The notes below the pieces were generated by a model. It ran no database searches and was not told the origin of the DNA. It saw only the letters and a list, made by a program, of their open reading frames with translations. The position numbers were made by a program, and so were the translations under genes. Positions 1 to 14,449 of a stretch of 64,000 bases of DNA are shown here, piece by piece. The stretch is from Octopus vulgaris. Its lineage: Eukaryota. Positions within the stretch are counted from its first letter, which is position 1. The number at the start of each line of letters is the position of its first letter. The stretch lies in assembly GCA_951406725.2 (NCBI GenBank), contig OX597824.1, positions 868,001-932,000 of the forward strand, given 5' to 3'.

Positions 1-174
1 GTACGAGTGCACCATTGTACGAGTAATTTGCTGTACCAGAAGAGTCAAATATAGGCTTACCTGAAAAGAACCAACGCGGTTATTAATTAAAAAAAAAGGG
101 TTGAAATCAATGCGTGCAAAATTTCACAGTTCTAGCATCGCTCCTTCATAATCAGACTACGAACTTTTCAGCCC

Positions 175-606
175 AGTCGTCATTGTGAGGTAAGAAGTTT
201 ACTTTCCAAACACTTGGTCTCGGGTTCAGTCCCACTGCGTGACACCTTGGACATGTGTTTTCTACTATAGCCTCGAGCCAACCAAAGTCTTGTGAGTGGA
301 CTTAGTAGGCGGAAAATGGAAAATGCCCGTCATATATGTGTGTGCGTGTGTTTGTCTGTGTCTGTGTCTATGTGTGTGTGTGTGTATCTGTATACATGTA
401 TGTGTATGTGTGTTTCTGTCAGTATTTGTCCCGCACCACTGCTTGACAACCGGGGTTTGTGTCTTTACGTTCGGCAAAAGGCACCGATCGAATAAGTACT
501 ATGCTTTAAAAAATTAGTCCTGATGTCGATTCCTTCGACTAAAACCCTTCAATGAGGTGCCCCAGCATAACCGCAGTCTGGTGACTGAAACAAGCAAACG
601 GTAAAA
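175..606 (+). mobile_element. tRNA-headed SINE, family B (internal (TG)n; 3' end ...ccagcat..ccgcagtc..tgactgaaacaag)
   Basis: B-box-like GGTTCAGTCCC followed by cactgcgtgacaccttgg; the same body recurs at 14769, 27031, 32597, 35233 and 41283. Confidence 0.75.
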
Positions 607-610
607 AGGC

Positions 611-613
<3 letters not shown>

Positions 614-679
<66 letters not shown>
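614..679. repeat. (TA)n microsatellite; one of dozens in the window
   Basis: Seen directly in sequence. Confidence 0.98.
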
Positions 680-685
<6 letters not shown>

Positions 686-900
686 CCACGCAGTACGAGT
701 TTAATTCGTTTCATGACCGAGCTCCTTTTACGATCTATTCGTTTTACGATCTACTCGTTTTACGATCTACTCGTTTTACGATCTACTCGTTTTACGATCT
801 ACTCGTTTTACAAACCAGTTTTCTCCATTTAAATTAACTAAAACATAATTAATCCGTTCCAGCCCCACAAAACCACTCGAGAATTGTTTTTGTGGGTTTT
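680..900. mobile_element. Possible Tigger/pogo-like DNA transposon end containing a 16-bp tandem repeat (cgatctactcgtttta x5, 731-810)
   Basis: The tandem array is seen directly; tagtgataccacgcagtacgagtttaattcgtt next to TA resembles Tigger-type termini, but no partner TIR was identified. Confidence 0.35.
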
Positions 901-1431
901 AAAACAGAAAAGGTGTAGTTACAAGTAAAATGACAATTATAAAAAAGTCGCTTGTGCGTGTGGTACGCACATTTTATATAACTTTATTTGGTGGAAATCC
1001 AAAGATTGATGGAACGGCAGAGGGTCTCATGAAACGGAGAAGTGACATGCGCAACAATGTCAACTCTTCAGTCATTTTTGTAACTTCATACCGATTAAAT
1101 AGAATAAAATACGTTTATATAAACTCCAGTACTGAGAATCCCGTTCCACCTATTTATTCTAGCAAACACGCAAAGACATACACGAATATATGTTTAAATT
1201 ACTCAGTTTCCAGGCTTTGCCCTCCGAACCTAGGCTCTGAGTATTCTATTAAACATCTGATATAACAGGGATATCTAACCACTCAAACCAGCCCACTGAA
1301 TCCGATATCAGACAATGTTTATTCCATGTAAATAAATGTATTTTAATATACATAACTATTCTTACATTACTGTATATACATATACATATGTGTGTGTGTG
1401 TGAGAGAGTATTTGTATGTATGAACATATAT

Positions 1432-1432
<1 letters not shown>

Positions 1433-1484
<52 letters not shown>

Positions 1485-1689
1485 CAACAATAATAATATA
1501 TATATAAATATACATACATACACATGTGTACACACATACATTCTAGCATATGTACGCTCATCTATCCACAAACGCTGTTAGACTTCGGCACATTTACACG
1601 ACCACACACATATTTATGTAGCTTCACATTGGTACACACACCAATATTTTGTGTACATGTAGATGTATGTATGTATGTATGTATGTATG

Positions 1690-1720
<31 letters not shown>

Positions 1721-1793
1721 GTATGTATGCATGTATGCATGCATGCATGTATGTATGCGTGCATGTATGTATGTATGTATGTATGTATGTATG

Positions 1794-1845
<52 letters not shown>

Positions 1846-1922
1846 GAATACATATGTAGGTATGTTTATCAAGGTGTGTTGATATCTGTGCATATTATAC
1901 AAAAACACAGAGCCACATCTCA

Positions 1923-2019
<97 letters not shown>

Positions 2020-2030
2020 ATGTATGTATG
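1433..2030. repeat. Compound microsatellite block: (AAT)n, (TGTA)n, (TA)n
   Basis: Seen directly; source of several spurious Tyr/Ile/Val/Cys ORFs. Confidence 0.95.
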
Positions 2031-2409
2031 TGTATAAGTGTGCGTGGGGTGTGTGGCGTGTGCGCCTCTGTGAGTTTATTTCTGAGAGAGAACCTGCATG
2101 ATTATAATCTCAACCCAGGGCTCACGGGAAGCACTCATCAATCTACCTCATTCCTTGTATTCTCTTATCATCATCTTTTATGCTTCGTTCTACCCATTTA
2201 TTCCCTCACCGCATTCACCGCCATCTTTCTATCAACCCTTCTATCTTTACACATTAATCTTTATTATTTAATTTTGTTTATAGTTTTATTTTCTAAATTC
2301 CATTTCTATCTTTTATCTTGTTTTTATATTTAATCATTCATCATCATCACTGACAGCATAAGCATACCTTGTTCTTTTTTTTTTTAAATCTTTATGATTT
2401 CATAAGAAT

Positions 2410-2800
2410 TTATAAACAACCGAGGGAACGCGGGATAATTCTTTTTTCGGAATTGGTTCTCGAAATACATTCAAAGCTATAAAAAATAGCTTTGAAATGT
2501 TGAGTTGGAAACCCATTTTTGGATAAAATTCGTCGAAAACTGCTCGTGGTACAGTGGTAGACTGCCTGTTGATGTAGCTCCGGATCCCATGGACAGCCTT
2601 CGACTTTTTCTGTCCAAAAGCATTTTTTCAACCCAATGCTAATAATTATATTTTTATATTCTAATTCGAGAACCAAATCCAAAAACGAATTAGTTTTTAT
2701 GATTACTTTTTTTCGTTCTCATTGTGATTTGGTATTTTGCTTTTCTGAGTTTTATCACTATTACTCGTCAGAAAAACTACCTTGTGGTATATGTTTTTGC
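2410..2800 (-). mobile_element. Degenerate Penelope-like element RT fragment
   Basis: Minus-strand ...NSFLDLVL... and ...RRILSKNGFP... resemble the PLE RT 'LPFLDV' and 'L..NGYP' motifs. Confidence 0.4.
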
Positions 2801-3050
2801 ACTTTCCATTCTGACGTTCAAATCCCGTTAAGCTCAACTTTATCCTTCAGCGTTTCGGGGTCGATAAAATAGAATACCAGTCATGAGCTAGGGTCGATGG
2901 TATCGACTCCTCTCCTTACAATTAAAACTGCGTGTTTTAACATTTGAAAACAAAGTAGCGGCGTTCTGGCAGAATCGGTGGCTCGTGGAACAAAATACAC
3001 CGTTTTTCCGACTCTTCACGCTCTGACGAAAAACAATGAAAATACAATTC

Positions 3051-3507
<457 letters not shown>

Positions 3508-3800
3508 GAAAACGAACATTACAAAATACTCTGGAATTTTAACATACAGTGCTACCAAGCCATAGAGGCGAGATGGCCAATGTCTAAGTCCCTTCTGACC
3601 AAAATATTGCCCCCCCCCCAAAGAAGTGGAGTAATTGTCAAAGTACAAAGACTTGGAAACCGAAATATTCAAGCTGTGGGAAATAAAACACCATTAATAA
3701 TTTGGGAATGATAAAGAAACATTTGAACAAAAACCATAGAAGCAATGCCTGGACGCTAAACACTACACATTATGCAAAAACTATAGCCTTGCTTGGAACA
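3508..3800 (+). mobile_element. Second degenerate R4/Dong-type RLE fragment
   Basis: ENEHYKILWNFNIQCYQAIEARWP, LSKYKDLE and ALLGT motifs with frameshifts; parallels the cleaner copy at 57059. Confidence 0.65.
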
Positions 3801-3805
3801 AATGC

Positions 3806-4372
3806 TCGAGATGTTTGAGGGCTATGGTTGGTGTGACATGGATGGACAGGATGAGGAATGAGGAGGTGCGGAAGCGAGCAGGAATGAGAGAAAAATCTAA
3901 CAACCAGAAATGATAGACGGATGTTGTGGTGGTTTGGTCATATGGAGAGGATGGATGAGGAACGGATGGTAAGGAGGGTGATGAAGGCAGAAGTGGTGGG
4001 CAGCAGAACCAGAGGCAAACCTCGGTTTCTGTGGATGGGTGGATGGACTGAGGAAAGCTTTGGTGGTCAGAGGTGTTGGAGTGAGAGAGAGGCAAGAGAG
4101 TTTGTTAATGATAGGAAAGCTTGCAGAGTGTTTATGGATGGATGATGAGTGAATTGATGTTGCTCAAAGGGGTACGGAATCAGCATGATGCGGTGGGGGT
4201 AAACCAGCATATGCTGTCGGGCCCCGCTGCTGGTATGGGGAGGGGAGTTGCGTTCAATGCCTTGACCCTAGCATAGGACGGGGCTCGCCTCTTTGAGCTG
4301 GGAAATGAATGGAATGCCTGACGTGTGTCTTGGTGTGGCTACCCCTCCTAAAAATATAGGGAATAGCCCTGG
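3806..4372 (+). mobile_element. 3' end of an RTE-clade LINE (ORF C-terminus plus 3' UTR, ending in (TA)n)
   Basis: CLRAMVGVTWMDRMRNEEVRKRAG and WFGHMERMDEERMVRRVMKAEVVGSRTRGKPR, typical of the RTE C-terminal region. Confidence 0.8.
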
Positions 4373-5719
4373 ATATATATATATATATATATACAAACAC
4401 GCACTCACACACACACGCACACGCACATATATATATATATACGCGCGCGCGCACACACTTACATACACATATAAATATATATATGAACAACCCACATCCT
4501 ACGCAAGACACCATCAATTCAATTATACAACCCAAACAAAGCAATCCTAATCACGAGCTGGAGTAGTGGTGGGAGCCATCATAACCATGCGTTGTGAGGG
4601 ATTCTTTGGGGTTTCATTCATCATCTTTAAACAACCCTTATTCAGGGACCTTTTGAGTGGGTTTGGCTCCTCGACCTGAAGAAGCTTCTGACTGGGTCCC
4701 GCCTGCAAGGTGATGGGCTCTTTATCTTGCGAAGAAGTCACCACGTCACCACATCACATATGAATGTGATGCATATTTTTGGCACGCCTTTATCAGACGG
4801 ATAAGTATGATGGGTATAATGGGTATATTGGGCCTCGTACATTTGAACCCCATAGTTACTTTGATGGCGTCTGCTACACTTTCACTCAAAAACAAACGAA
4901 TAAATAAATAAATAAATAATTCTTTCTGCAATAGGCACAAGGCCTGAAATTTTGGGTTGAAGGGGCCATTCGATAGCATCGACTCCCGCTATTTGGCCGA
5001 TAATTTATTTTATCGACAACGAAACGGTGTAAGACAAACCCCAGCGAAATTTCAGCTCAGAGCGTCAGGAGTGGGAATAAATAGCGCAAAGAATTTATCC
5101 GATGTTCTGACGAGGTACAAAACACACGATTGTAACAAGAGGCTGTTAGTCAATATCATGGGCCCAATACTATTGCTAGTACTTTAATTTGAACTCAGAC
5201 GATAAAGGGCCGCATAAATACCGCAAGGCACTTTCCGACGTTCTATCGATTCTTCTAATCCATTGCCCTCGGAGATGTTACTAAATATTATGATGCATTT
5301 AGTCCAAAGTTCTGACAATTCTGTCGCTCTTTTGGTTTTATATAAAAACAGCAAAGATAGCGTTAAATAATATTACAATCTCTGGAATTACTATTAAGTT
5401 CAGACAAAAAAAAAACGAGGAGAAAATTAACCCGGAGCAATATTGGACGCGGTTTCTGACATTAAAAGTCACATCAATCAAACAATAATGTAGATTTGCC
5501 ATCGTATGATGATCAAGCCATGATGATTGACCTCCTCCTTCTCCCCACCACCATCATCATCATCATCATCATGGTACAATATAGTTTCCAGGCTAAGTGT
5601 CTCGTTACATATAGCGATGATGGTTAAGATGAATATTGTAAAGATAATGACGATGATGATGATGATGAGTATGAAAACATTTGACACCCCCACCATTTTA
5701 TATACACACATACACACAT

Positions 5720-5828
<109 letters not shown>

Positions 5829-6049
5829 CGAACGAGATTGAAGGAGTGAAAGAGAGACGTGCAAATATATTCATATATTCTAAGTAAAAACTTCCTTTCA
5901 TTGCTATTTCCTGCTTTTAACTGTGACTGCAATGGCAGACAGAGGGACGCCCACAATTCGAACAGAGCTGAGAACATATCCATAACGTGTTATTTCTTCT
6001 CTTAAGCACACGCTTAAATGCCTGCATTCTCACGCGTACACGACATACA

Positions 6050-6091
<42 letters not shown>

Positions 6092-6093
6092 AA

Positions 6094-6176
<83 letters not shown>

Positions 6177-6331
6177 GTCTATCTATCTATCTATCTATAT
6201 ATGTATCTATTTAAATATGAGAAGTAGTTATAATACAAAAAAAAATCTAAGAATGAGACTCAAAGGTATCGCGCCAAATTACTTCTAAAACCACTTCCCA
6301 CATATGTATATCCATTCAACCATACATCCAT

Positions 6332-6394
<63 letters not shown>

Positions 6395-6490
6395 TCAGAT
6401 GGTGCTATTCAGTTAGACATGGCCTGGGCCTATACTGGCCGAAACCTCTCAAAGTTATCTGTATGTGTGTGTGTGTGTGTGTATATTCTG

Positions 6491-6825
6491 AGACCCCCTT
6501 CGGTCACGACACAAACCATGGGATTGCACCTATAAAGTTATCCTCCCATGCACAAGTCCAGGCAAGGTTGTTTATGGAAAGCCAGCAGTCACTCATGCAT
6601 ACTGGCCTCCCCTCTCCACACCACCGATGTTATCCAAGGGAAAGGCAAAGGCTGATACAGCTTGGCACCAGTGACGTCGCAACTCATTTCTACAGCTGAG
6701 TGAACTGGAGCAACGTGAAATAAAGTGTCTTGCTCAAGGACACAACGCACAACCCGGTCCGGGATTCGAGCTCACAACCTCACGATCGTAAGCTCGAAGC
6801 TCAAACCATTGAGCCATGCACCTTC

Positions 6826-6826
<1 letters not shown>
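6491..6826 (-). mobile_element. tRNA-headed SINE, family C
   Basis: Minus-strand head gaaggtgcatggctcaatggtttgagc...gagctcgaatcccgg (A/B boxes); homologous copy at 7577-7893. Confidence 0.8.
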
Positions 6827-6893
<67 letters not shown>

Positions 6894-7576
6894 ATGTATA
6901 TATATATATATATATACGACAAGAAATAATATTTGTCTCTTTTTATGGAAACAAAAGGGTTTATAGGACTGCAAAAGAGAATTGCTCAAATGTAATTGAG
7001 ATAAAGATAAAGAAACATTGATCACAGAACAAACATCAAATTCGAGTCAACGACTTTATATAGAACGCCAAACCCCAAACATTTGATCATATATAAATAT
7101 TGCCATGGTTCTTAGATATATAAAAAAATATACATATATAAAGAACAGAGATGGTAAAAATATATATACGAATAAAAATATATGTGTGTTAGTATGTGTG
7201 TATATTGTTTAATGCAATTTTACAGTATCTTCGCTTGCACCTCTACGATAAAAGGGGTTATATAGCTCTAATTCTTCTTTGTTTCTTTTTCATTCTTTTG
7301 CCTTTTTTTCTTTCTCCATTCCGCCTTTTGAACGCACCTTCGTGTCGTTTTTCTCATGATTTCTCTTGTTCTATTATCCTGATTCGTAAGTTGTAACGAC
7401 CATGAGCCCAGAACCTGAAGATTACTTGGAGCCACAAGGCATAATATCTTCAAAGTATCAAACTATTAGCAGCTCATAACTAAATAACTGAGTGCATTAA
7501 GAATTGTCTCCGACTAGGCCGAGTAAATCTTTTTGTTGATCTTACCTTAACGGAAAAGTAAAGAATAGATATATAA

Positions 7577-7892
7577 AGACCCCCTTCGGTCATGGATGAC
7601 CATGGCGTTTTATCTAGAAAGTTCCTTTCCTAGGCACGAGTCTGGGCAAGGTTATACTTATGGAAGACCAGCAGTTGCTCATGCATACCAGCCTCTCTTC
7701 TCTACGCCGAAGGCAAAGGTCGATACAGCTTGGCACCAGCGATGTTGCTACTCATATCCACGGCTGAGTGAACTGGAGCAATGTGAAATAAAGTGTCTTG
7801 CTCAAGAACACAACATACAACCCGGTCTGGGAATCGAACTCACTATCTCATACTTGTGTGCCTGACATTCTAACCACTGAGCTATGCGCCTC

Positions 7893-7893
<1 letters not shown>
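7577..7893 (-). mobile_element. tRNA-headed SINE, family C (second copy)
   Basis: Shares gacccccttcggtca, gctgagtgaactggagcaa.gtgaaataaagtgtcttgctcaag and the tRNA head with 6491-6826. Confidence 0.8.
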
Positions 7894-7935
<42 letters not shown>

Positions 7936-8013
7936 ACATAAACAAGCCTATGAATGATTCGGTGTGCATTGCTGATGAAGCGTGACTACCCAAACACAGA
8001 TGCGTCTCACAGT

Positions 8014-8025
8014 CCAATGACGTCA
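8014..8025. promoter_or_regulatory. Perfect CRE palindrome TGACGTCA overlapping a CCAAT box, in a repeat-poor island
   Basis: ccaatgacgtca seen directly; function unproven. Confidence 0.25.
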
Positions 8026-10288
8026 TATAGAACCCCAGAAAGTCTTCTACACACATATACTTTATGAGAATTTTATGAGAACTTCCTCGCGTTTCTATTT
8101 CCGCAATGAAAGTTCTTCCCGCCCCCCGAATATACAAAATATGCTAAATACGCTTGCATGCGTGCGCACGCTCCCCCCACCACCGCGCGCACACACACAG
8201 CACAATGTAGAAAGCAAAGAAACGGTATTAAATGCTCCATTCCAAACAACCACTTTTTCGAGATAAATAACTCCATAACGCTTCTTTCTCTTTTATCTTC
8301 TGCTCCCATTGAATCAGATGTGTCTATGGCTGAGTATTTCGAGGACTCTTAGCATAAAGCACAGGCGAAAATCCGCTGGACATAGTGTATGCATGTGTGT
8401 GTATGTATCTGTCTGTGTGTGTGAAAGAGAAAGACGGAGAATGAAAGAGAGAAAGTAAGAGAGAGAGAGAGGGGAGGAGAGTGAGGTCTGCACTTTAAAA
8501 TTACACGTACAAACTGTTCTGCAGGATTCCACATAGTTTCCATCTAACTCGTTTTACCCACAAAGCTTGGATCGACTCGAAATAATGATAACTGATCCTG
8601 TGGCACTTGCCTAAAACACCACACCCTGGTATCGAACCATGAATTCCGTGGTTGGGAAGTGAACAGTGTTATATTATAGAAACAAGCTTCTTTTCTATAC
8701 TTGGCTTCTTTTCTTTATTTTCTTTGCTTCTTTCTTTGTTTTTTTTTCTCCCTTTCATTCGGTTATCAACCTCTTTGTCACGTGTTAAGCAAAACAAACG
8801 AATTCATCGCGATTCGTTATTTTTATCTGACAACGGATTTCAAAAGATTTTTTTCTCTTACTCCCACTACTTCCACTTCTGCCACCACCTCGTTATAAGA
8901 TAAAACGGAGTTGTAGGCTGCCAAAATGAAGAGAAGATAAAACTGTGACAAGTTTTCTGTCGCATACACAACCCCACCCTCACCTCGACTCCTTATCAAT
9001 ATTGGTGATATTAGCTGCATCGTGTACTTTTAGTATTCCACTTTGCAACATGGTTTCGGGTTCAATTACGACGCACAGCACCTTAAGTTGGCGTCTTCAA
9101 ACATATCTCCGAGTCGAAACAAGTCTTGTCAACGAAATTTAGTGGCCAGAAACTGTAGATGGTCTTTGCCCCATAAAATACGACTGGTACCTTCATTACC
9201 AGTTAGCTGAGTCTACCTTATTGCAAACATTTAAGCTAGGAGTCCGATTCGAGGATAGTTTTTTTTTCCTTTTGTCATCTGTTGTCTTTGGACGCCACAC
9301 AAAAGATCGAAGGTCACAAGCGATTCCCTTTCTTCTTTCCCTGTAAATAAATATACAGACTCTCCATCGGTCATGGTTGTCCAAGTATCTGTTACATGAA
9401 TATGCAGGCTCGAGCAAGATTTGCGGGGGAAGTCTGGCAAATGCGCATGCATGCACATCTCCGCATGTCATGAATATTTAATCAAGGAAACGGTAATCAA
9501 TTGGGGCTGATATAACTTGGCACCAGGGTCGTGGCAATTGTTGCTGCTGGAACACTTTGAAGGAATCGATACCGAAAGCCTGAAACTTTAACAGTTATAA
9601 CAATCCGGCACCTTTTTTGGAATAGTGGATCTCGAAGTAGATAATAAGGTTATAAATAATAGCGTGCAAATATCAAGGTAAAAAGTCTTTGGATAAAAGT
9701 TGAAGGCTTTATCATCTGACACGATATCCACAGTTCCTTAAATGTATTATATCATGTTCCCCCGAAGCTTTTTTAATTCGTACATCAACAAAATAAATAA
9801 ATAAACAAATATTAGTAAATTCACGTTAAACCGTGGCAGCGAAGATGCAGGTTCAATTACAAGCTGAATTCACTGCTTTATTTACTATAGATTTTAATTG
9901 GTGTCAAACTCAATGTCCGTATGCTTCAGAACGAAGCGTTAGTCGAGTAGAGAGCGGTAATAAGAAAATGAGATGACAAAGGAATAAACGATTATGTTAT
10001 GAAAGTACTTGGCTTCGGATACCGAGGCTCCTACGAAGCTATAAGGGGTTACTCAGGCCCTCAACTCCGAGTCCACTGCATCTTATAGCAGAAAAAGCTG
10101 TCAGCGGATTGTAGTTCACAAGAGAATCCTTATTCCATTGTCAGTTCATTTCGGTGGCAAAATGAAAAGCCAAATGATTCGAGCCCCAAATATTTTATTG
10201 GTTCATATTTTCTTTAAATGAATGACAAAACTTTGTTAGGAGCTTAATTCGAATACACACACACAGACAGAAGCACGTGTATGTATAT

Positions 10289-10347
<59 letters not shown>

Positions 10348-10770
10348 ATAGCCCCGTTGAAGGAATTGAAGCCTTTTCTTTTATAACAATTTGGGATTTG
10401 ATTGCTATATTTAATTTTGGAATTTACAAAATAACTTTGCTGCATAACATAGGCCTTTTTCGGAAACCCGTTGGTAATATATCCCAACAGCGAAATCATT
10501 TTAAAACTTTGAGTGACAGCTTTATCTGCAAGCGAGAGATACTTTTTATGTTTCTAATATTTACCAGAATATCATTTTGCTTGAGCGTACAAAGTGTTAT
10601 TTTAACATCAATTCTTCCTGGCGTCACATTCATCCGCATCTAGAATTTCAAGCTTCAATACAGATTCACGAGAAAAGCCTCCTACATTTTACACAGCCTC
10701 TTATAAGATGCTAGAAGAGTTAGCCTGGTGATTAATGTGTCTTCATGTTGTTAATATTTTATCATTTAAA

Positions 10771-10955
10771 GGCGGCGAGCTGGCAGACACGTTAGCACGC
10801 GGTGTGTCGTCTGTCTTTACGTTCTGAGTTCAAATTCTGCCCAGGTCGACTTTGCGTTTCGGGGTCGATAAATTAAGTACCAGTTGCGTGCTGGTAATCT
10901 ACTCCACTGGCTCCTTTCCCCCAAATTTCGGGCCTTGTGCCTAGAGTAGAAAAGA
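10771..10955 (+). mobile_element. tRNA-headed SINE, family A (ggcggcgagctggcaga...gagttcaaattc...ggggtcgataaa)
   Basis: A/B-box-like head; many homologous copies in the window. Confidence 0.8.
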
Positions 10956-11051
10956 AAATTTCATCGTTTTTTTTTTCTTTCTGTTTTTTACTTTAGTTAC
11001 CTTCATGGTTCGGATTGGCGCTCATCTTGCTTTTGCTGTTGTAAAGATTAA

Positions 11052-11265
11052 GGCGGTGAGCTGCCAGAATCGTCAGCAGGCTGGGAAAGATGCCTAGCAG
11101 CACTTCGTCCGTCTGTACATTCTGAGTTCAAATTCCGCTTTGGTCCGCTTTGCCTTTCTTCCACTCGGGGTCGATAAAACAAGTACGAGTTGAGCACTGG
11201 GGTCGATGTAATTGACTCATCCCCCCTCCCACTGAACTGCTGGCCTTGTGCCGCAATTTGAAACC
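11052..11265 (+). mobile_element. SINE family A
   Basis: Homologous to 10771-10955. Confidence 0.75.
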
Positions 11266-11396
11266 TATGTTTATCAACCCGTAAAATGTTGAAGGTTTTT
11301 TTCCGAATCTTTACATGGGTAAAGATATGATCGAATGATGTGATCACCCAATATTTAATACGAACGACAAAGCTGAGTTAGAGAAGATATTAACCC

Positions 11397-11521
11397 CCGG
11401 ACAACAAAATACTCAAAATAACCCACGAAGACAGAGAGGAAAAACAACGAAATTCACTCGGTATTTGGTTACCTGTGGACGCGTTTCTACGTGGGTTGTT
11501 TTGAGTATTTTGTTGTCCGGG
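11397..11521. repeat. Inverted repeat with ~31-bp arms around a ~60-bp spacer (MITE-like or Penelope pLTR remnant)
   Basis: ccggacaacaaaatactcaaaataacccacg ... cgtgggttgttttgagtattttgttgtccgg; the minus strand carries the half-hammerhead GAAACGCGTC. Confidence 0.8.
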
Positions 11522-11642
11522 AGTTTCTTCTTATAGTAGAAGAAATAGCTAAGGTTCTTTGGCTGCTATTTCTAAAGTTCGCTATGTGGTAAAGCAAATT
11601 TTTGCTGAACCCTACTTATAATTATACTCATAATTATAAAAT

Positions 11643-11679
<37 letters not shown>

Positions 11680-11685
<6 letters not shown>

Positions 11686-11823
11686 AACTAAAATCATTGA
11701 ATAAACAAATGCAAGGTCATCCGCATAACATTTCATAATTCGAACATTTAATCATAGAATATACATATAAACATCCCACAAGATGACCTTGCATCTGTTT
11801 GTTCAATAACTTTAGTTTGATAT
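11680..11823. repeat. Inverted repeat with ~40-bp arms adjacent to (TA)n
   Basis: atatcaaactaaaatcattgaataaacaaatgcaaggtcatc ... gatgaccttgcatctgtttgttcaataactttagtttgatat. Confidence 0.8.
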
Positions 11824-11968
11824 TTTTGTCTCTTTCAATAGAGGACTTCTATAGCAGTCCTATTAATCTTTTTGTTCCTGACAAGAAACAATCACTGTAT
11901 TATTGATATATATATATATATTTATATAAATATGAATGTGGTTATGGCCATCTATCCATCTATCTATC

Positions 11969-12075
<107 letters not shown>

Positions 12076-12239
12076 GCATATGTGTGTGTGTGTATGTATG
12101 TATACTTGCGTTGATGTGTGTCTGCCATGTTACTTTCTGTTGTGGTAACACGTCCGATATTATTTTTCCCGGTGTTTGAATTTTGGAGCATGTTCTTACT
12201 TTGATGCAGCGTTGCTAAGCTGTCAAGCACACATTTCAT

Positions 12240-12279
<40 letters not shown>

Positions 12280-12280
12280 A

Positions 12281-12316
<36 letters not shown>

Positions 12317-12464
12317 GTATGCGGATACATATACACACAAAGCGTAGTATATGCATATAAATACATATGCTTTACACGCACACACACACACACACGTATT
12401 CATACATACATGCGCGTGCATGTTTACACACATAACTGTACATATGTGTGTGCGTGTGTGTATG

Positions 12465-12508
<44 letters not shown>

Positions 12509-13265
12509 TGTGGGTGCATTAGCGTATATTTCTGTATGCGTAGTACATGCGTACCGATGGTGAACGTCAATAGCAAATGGAAAGTAACGAAGGCACGAAG
12601 CAGCCGAGAGAGCAAGAAGCAAAAAAAGAAAAAGAAAAACAAGCATTAAAATATAAATGGTTAAAAAAGACAAAATAAGACGCAAAACGCATGAAGTACA
12701 AACAAACAAAAAAAAAACACAAGAAAAGGATCAATAATATGAAACATTAAACAAACGGACTAATATATTTATTAGAACAATAATAGGAGGAAGAACAGGA
12801 GACATCAAGAAACAGTGAAAGCAAATATGTACAAGAAGCGAAAGCTAGAGGCAGGCAAACAGAGGTGTCGGAGGATGTAGTTTGAGTGGAGATTGCTAAG
12901 CAGGCATTAAGATTCGTGTTTCCTTCGCTGAGAAACACGTTAAGAAACCTCATGCCAGAGACTTAGAGGCTGTTAAGACATTCCAGGCCAGGATGTTGGT
13001 GGAGTTTCTTTTGTTTTGGTTTTACACACGTGTACCGGATTAGGTGAGTGGGTGTCTGTTTGTTTGTACGTGTGTGTGTGTGTGTGTGTGTATGTGAAGG
13101 CGTATCGATTTGGAGGTACATATGAGTGGAATTGCAATTGGCATAGAAATAAAAGAAAAGGTTAGAGCCAAAGGCAACGGCTGCTTGTGGGCCAGCGCTA
13201 TAAAGCATTCCTATTTCTCATCTTTCATACCCTTACGTATCTAATTACAATCCGTGTGTGTGTGG

Positions 13266-13312
<47 letters not shown>

Positions 13313-13338
13313 CATATAAATATATATATATATATATG

Positions 13339-13394
<56 letters not shown>

Positions 13395-13432
13395 GTTACA
13401 ATTACTCAATAGTCAAGATAAAACTCATATTA

Positions 13433-14374
13433 CGAGGGGCGTTCAATAAGTAATGCCCCTGACCCACTTCCCATAACAGTAGAGCTACGACACTTGGCAC
13501 AGTTATTAATCTTTTCCTACATAGGAACTACCCAGAGTTATGCATTTCTCCCATCGTTTGATACAGCTCTGGAGACCGTTTTTGTAGAAGACCCCAGCTT
13601 GGTCCTCCAACCACGACGTGACTTCAGAAATCAAGGCTGCATCATGTGGGAAACGCTTTCCTTTCAAAATCAACTTCATGGCTGGGAAGAGGTGAAAATC
13701 AGAGGGTGCAAGGGGAGGAGTTCATAGCTGCACGCCTGTGCTTCTGATCTGGCGACACGCGAGTTGTGGACCGGAGCGTTGTCCTGCAGGAGGAGGATGC
13801 CTTTGCTGATCTTGCCCCGCCTCTTGATTTTGATAGCTTCTCTGGCAGACACCTTTTGCATATGCAAATGGTCATGAATGATAGTTTCCACAGACCCTGT
13901 ACTAAACTTGACCTCATGGGCTATTTGGCGAATAGTTATGCGTTGACCTTCCAAAATGGCAGCCTCAACTTGACGGACAGACGTCTCATCAACGGCAGAA
14001 GGGGCGACCAGATCTGGGAGCTGTTTCCACAGAGTTCCGACCATGTTTGAATTCACGAATGCCAGCGTTTTACAAGGTCATATGATGGGGCATCATCACC
14101 ATAAGTTACTTTCATTTCATCAAAAGTCTCCCGTGGTGTGCGTCCTTTCAAATACAAAAACCGGATCACTGCTCGACACTCAACAGGCTCCATTTCACAC
14201 TTGACTCAGTTCAAACACATGTAAATCAGAAACCACAATTAGTTCAGAGCTGTAATTTGTCACTTAATCTATAGAGATATAAATAAGTGCACATGCATAG
14301 AGATATAAATAAGTGCACAGCTAGATCAAACAACTGCAAGTGGGTCAGGGGCATTATTTATTGAACGCCCCTCG
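13433..14374 (-). mobile_element. Internally deleted mariner DNA transposon (irritans/Hsmar2-like TIR), 942 bp, TA target duplication
   Basis: 37-bp TIRs cgaggggcgttcaataa(g/a)taatgcccctgacccactt with 1 mismatch; TA at 13431-13432 and 14375-14376. Confidence 0.93.
13506..14193 (-). pseudogene. Mariner transposase pseudogene
   Basis: MEPVECRAVIRFLYLKGRTPRETFDEMK..., HDHLHMQKVSAR joined directly to EAIKIKRRGKISKGILLLQDNAPVH, and LAPSDFHLF...RWEKC; frameshifted, with the central catalytic segment and YSPD deleted. Confidence 0.9.
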
Positions 14375-14449
14375 TATTTTATAGATAAATTTCCTCTATT
14401 TACATAATACTGAGGTCTCTTTCTCTCTTTTGTTATCTTACCGTTTTTA

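Noticed and set aside
731-810. CRISPR-like array
   Set aside because: Head-to-tail 16-bp tandem units without unique spacers, in eukaryotic context
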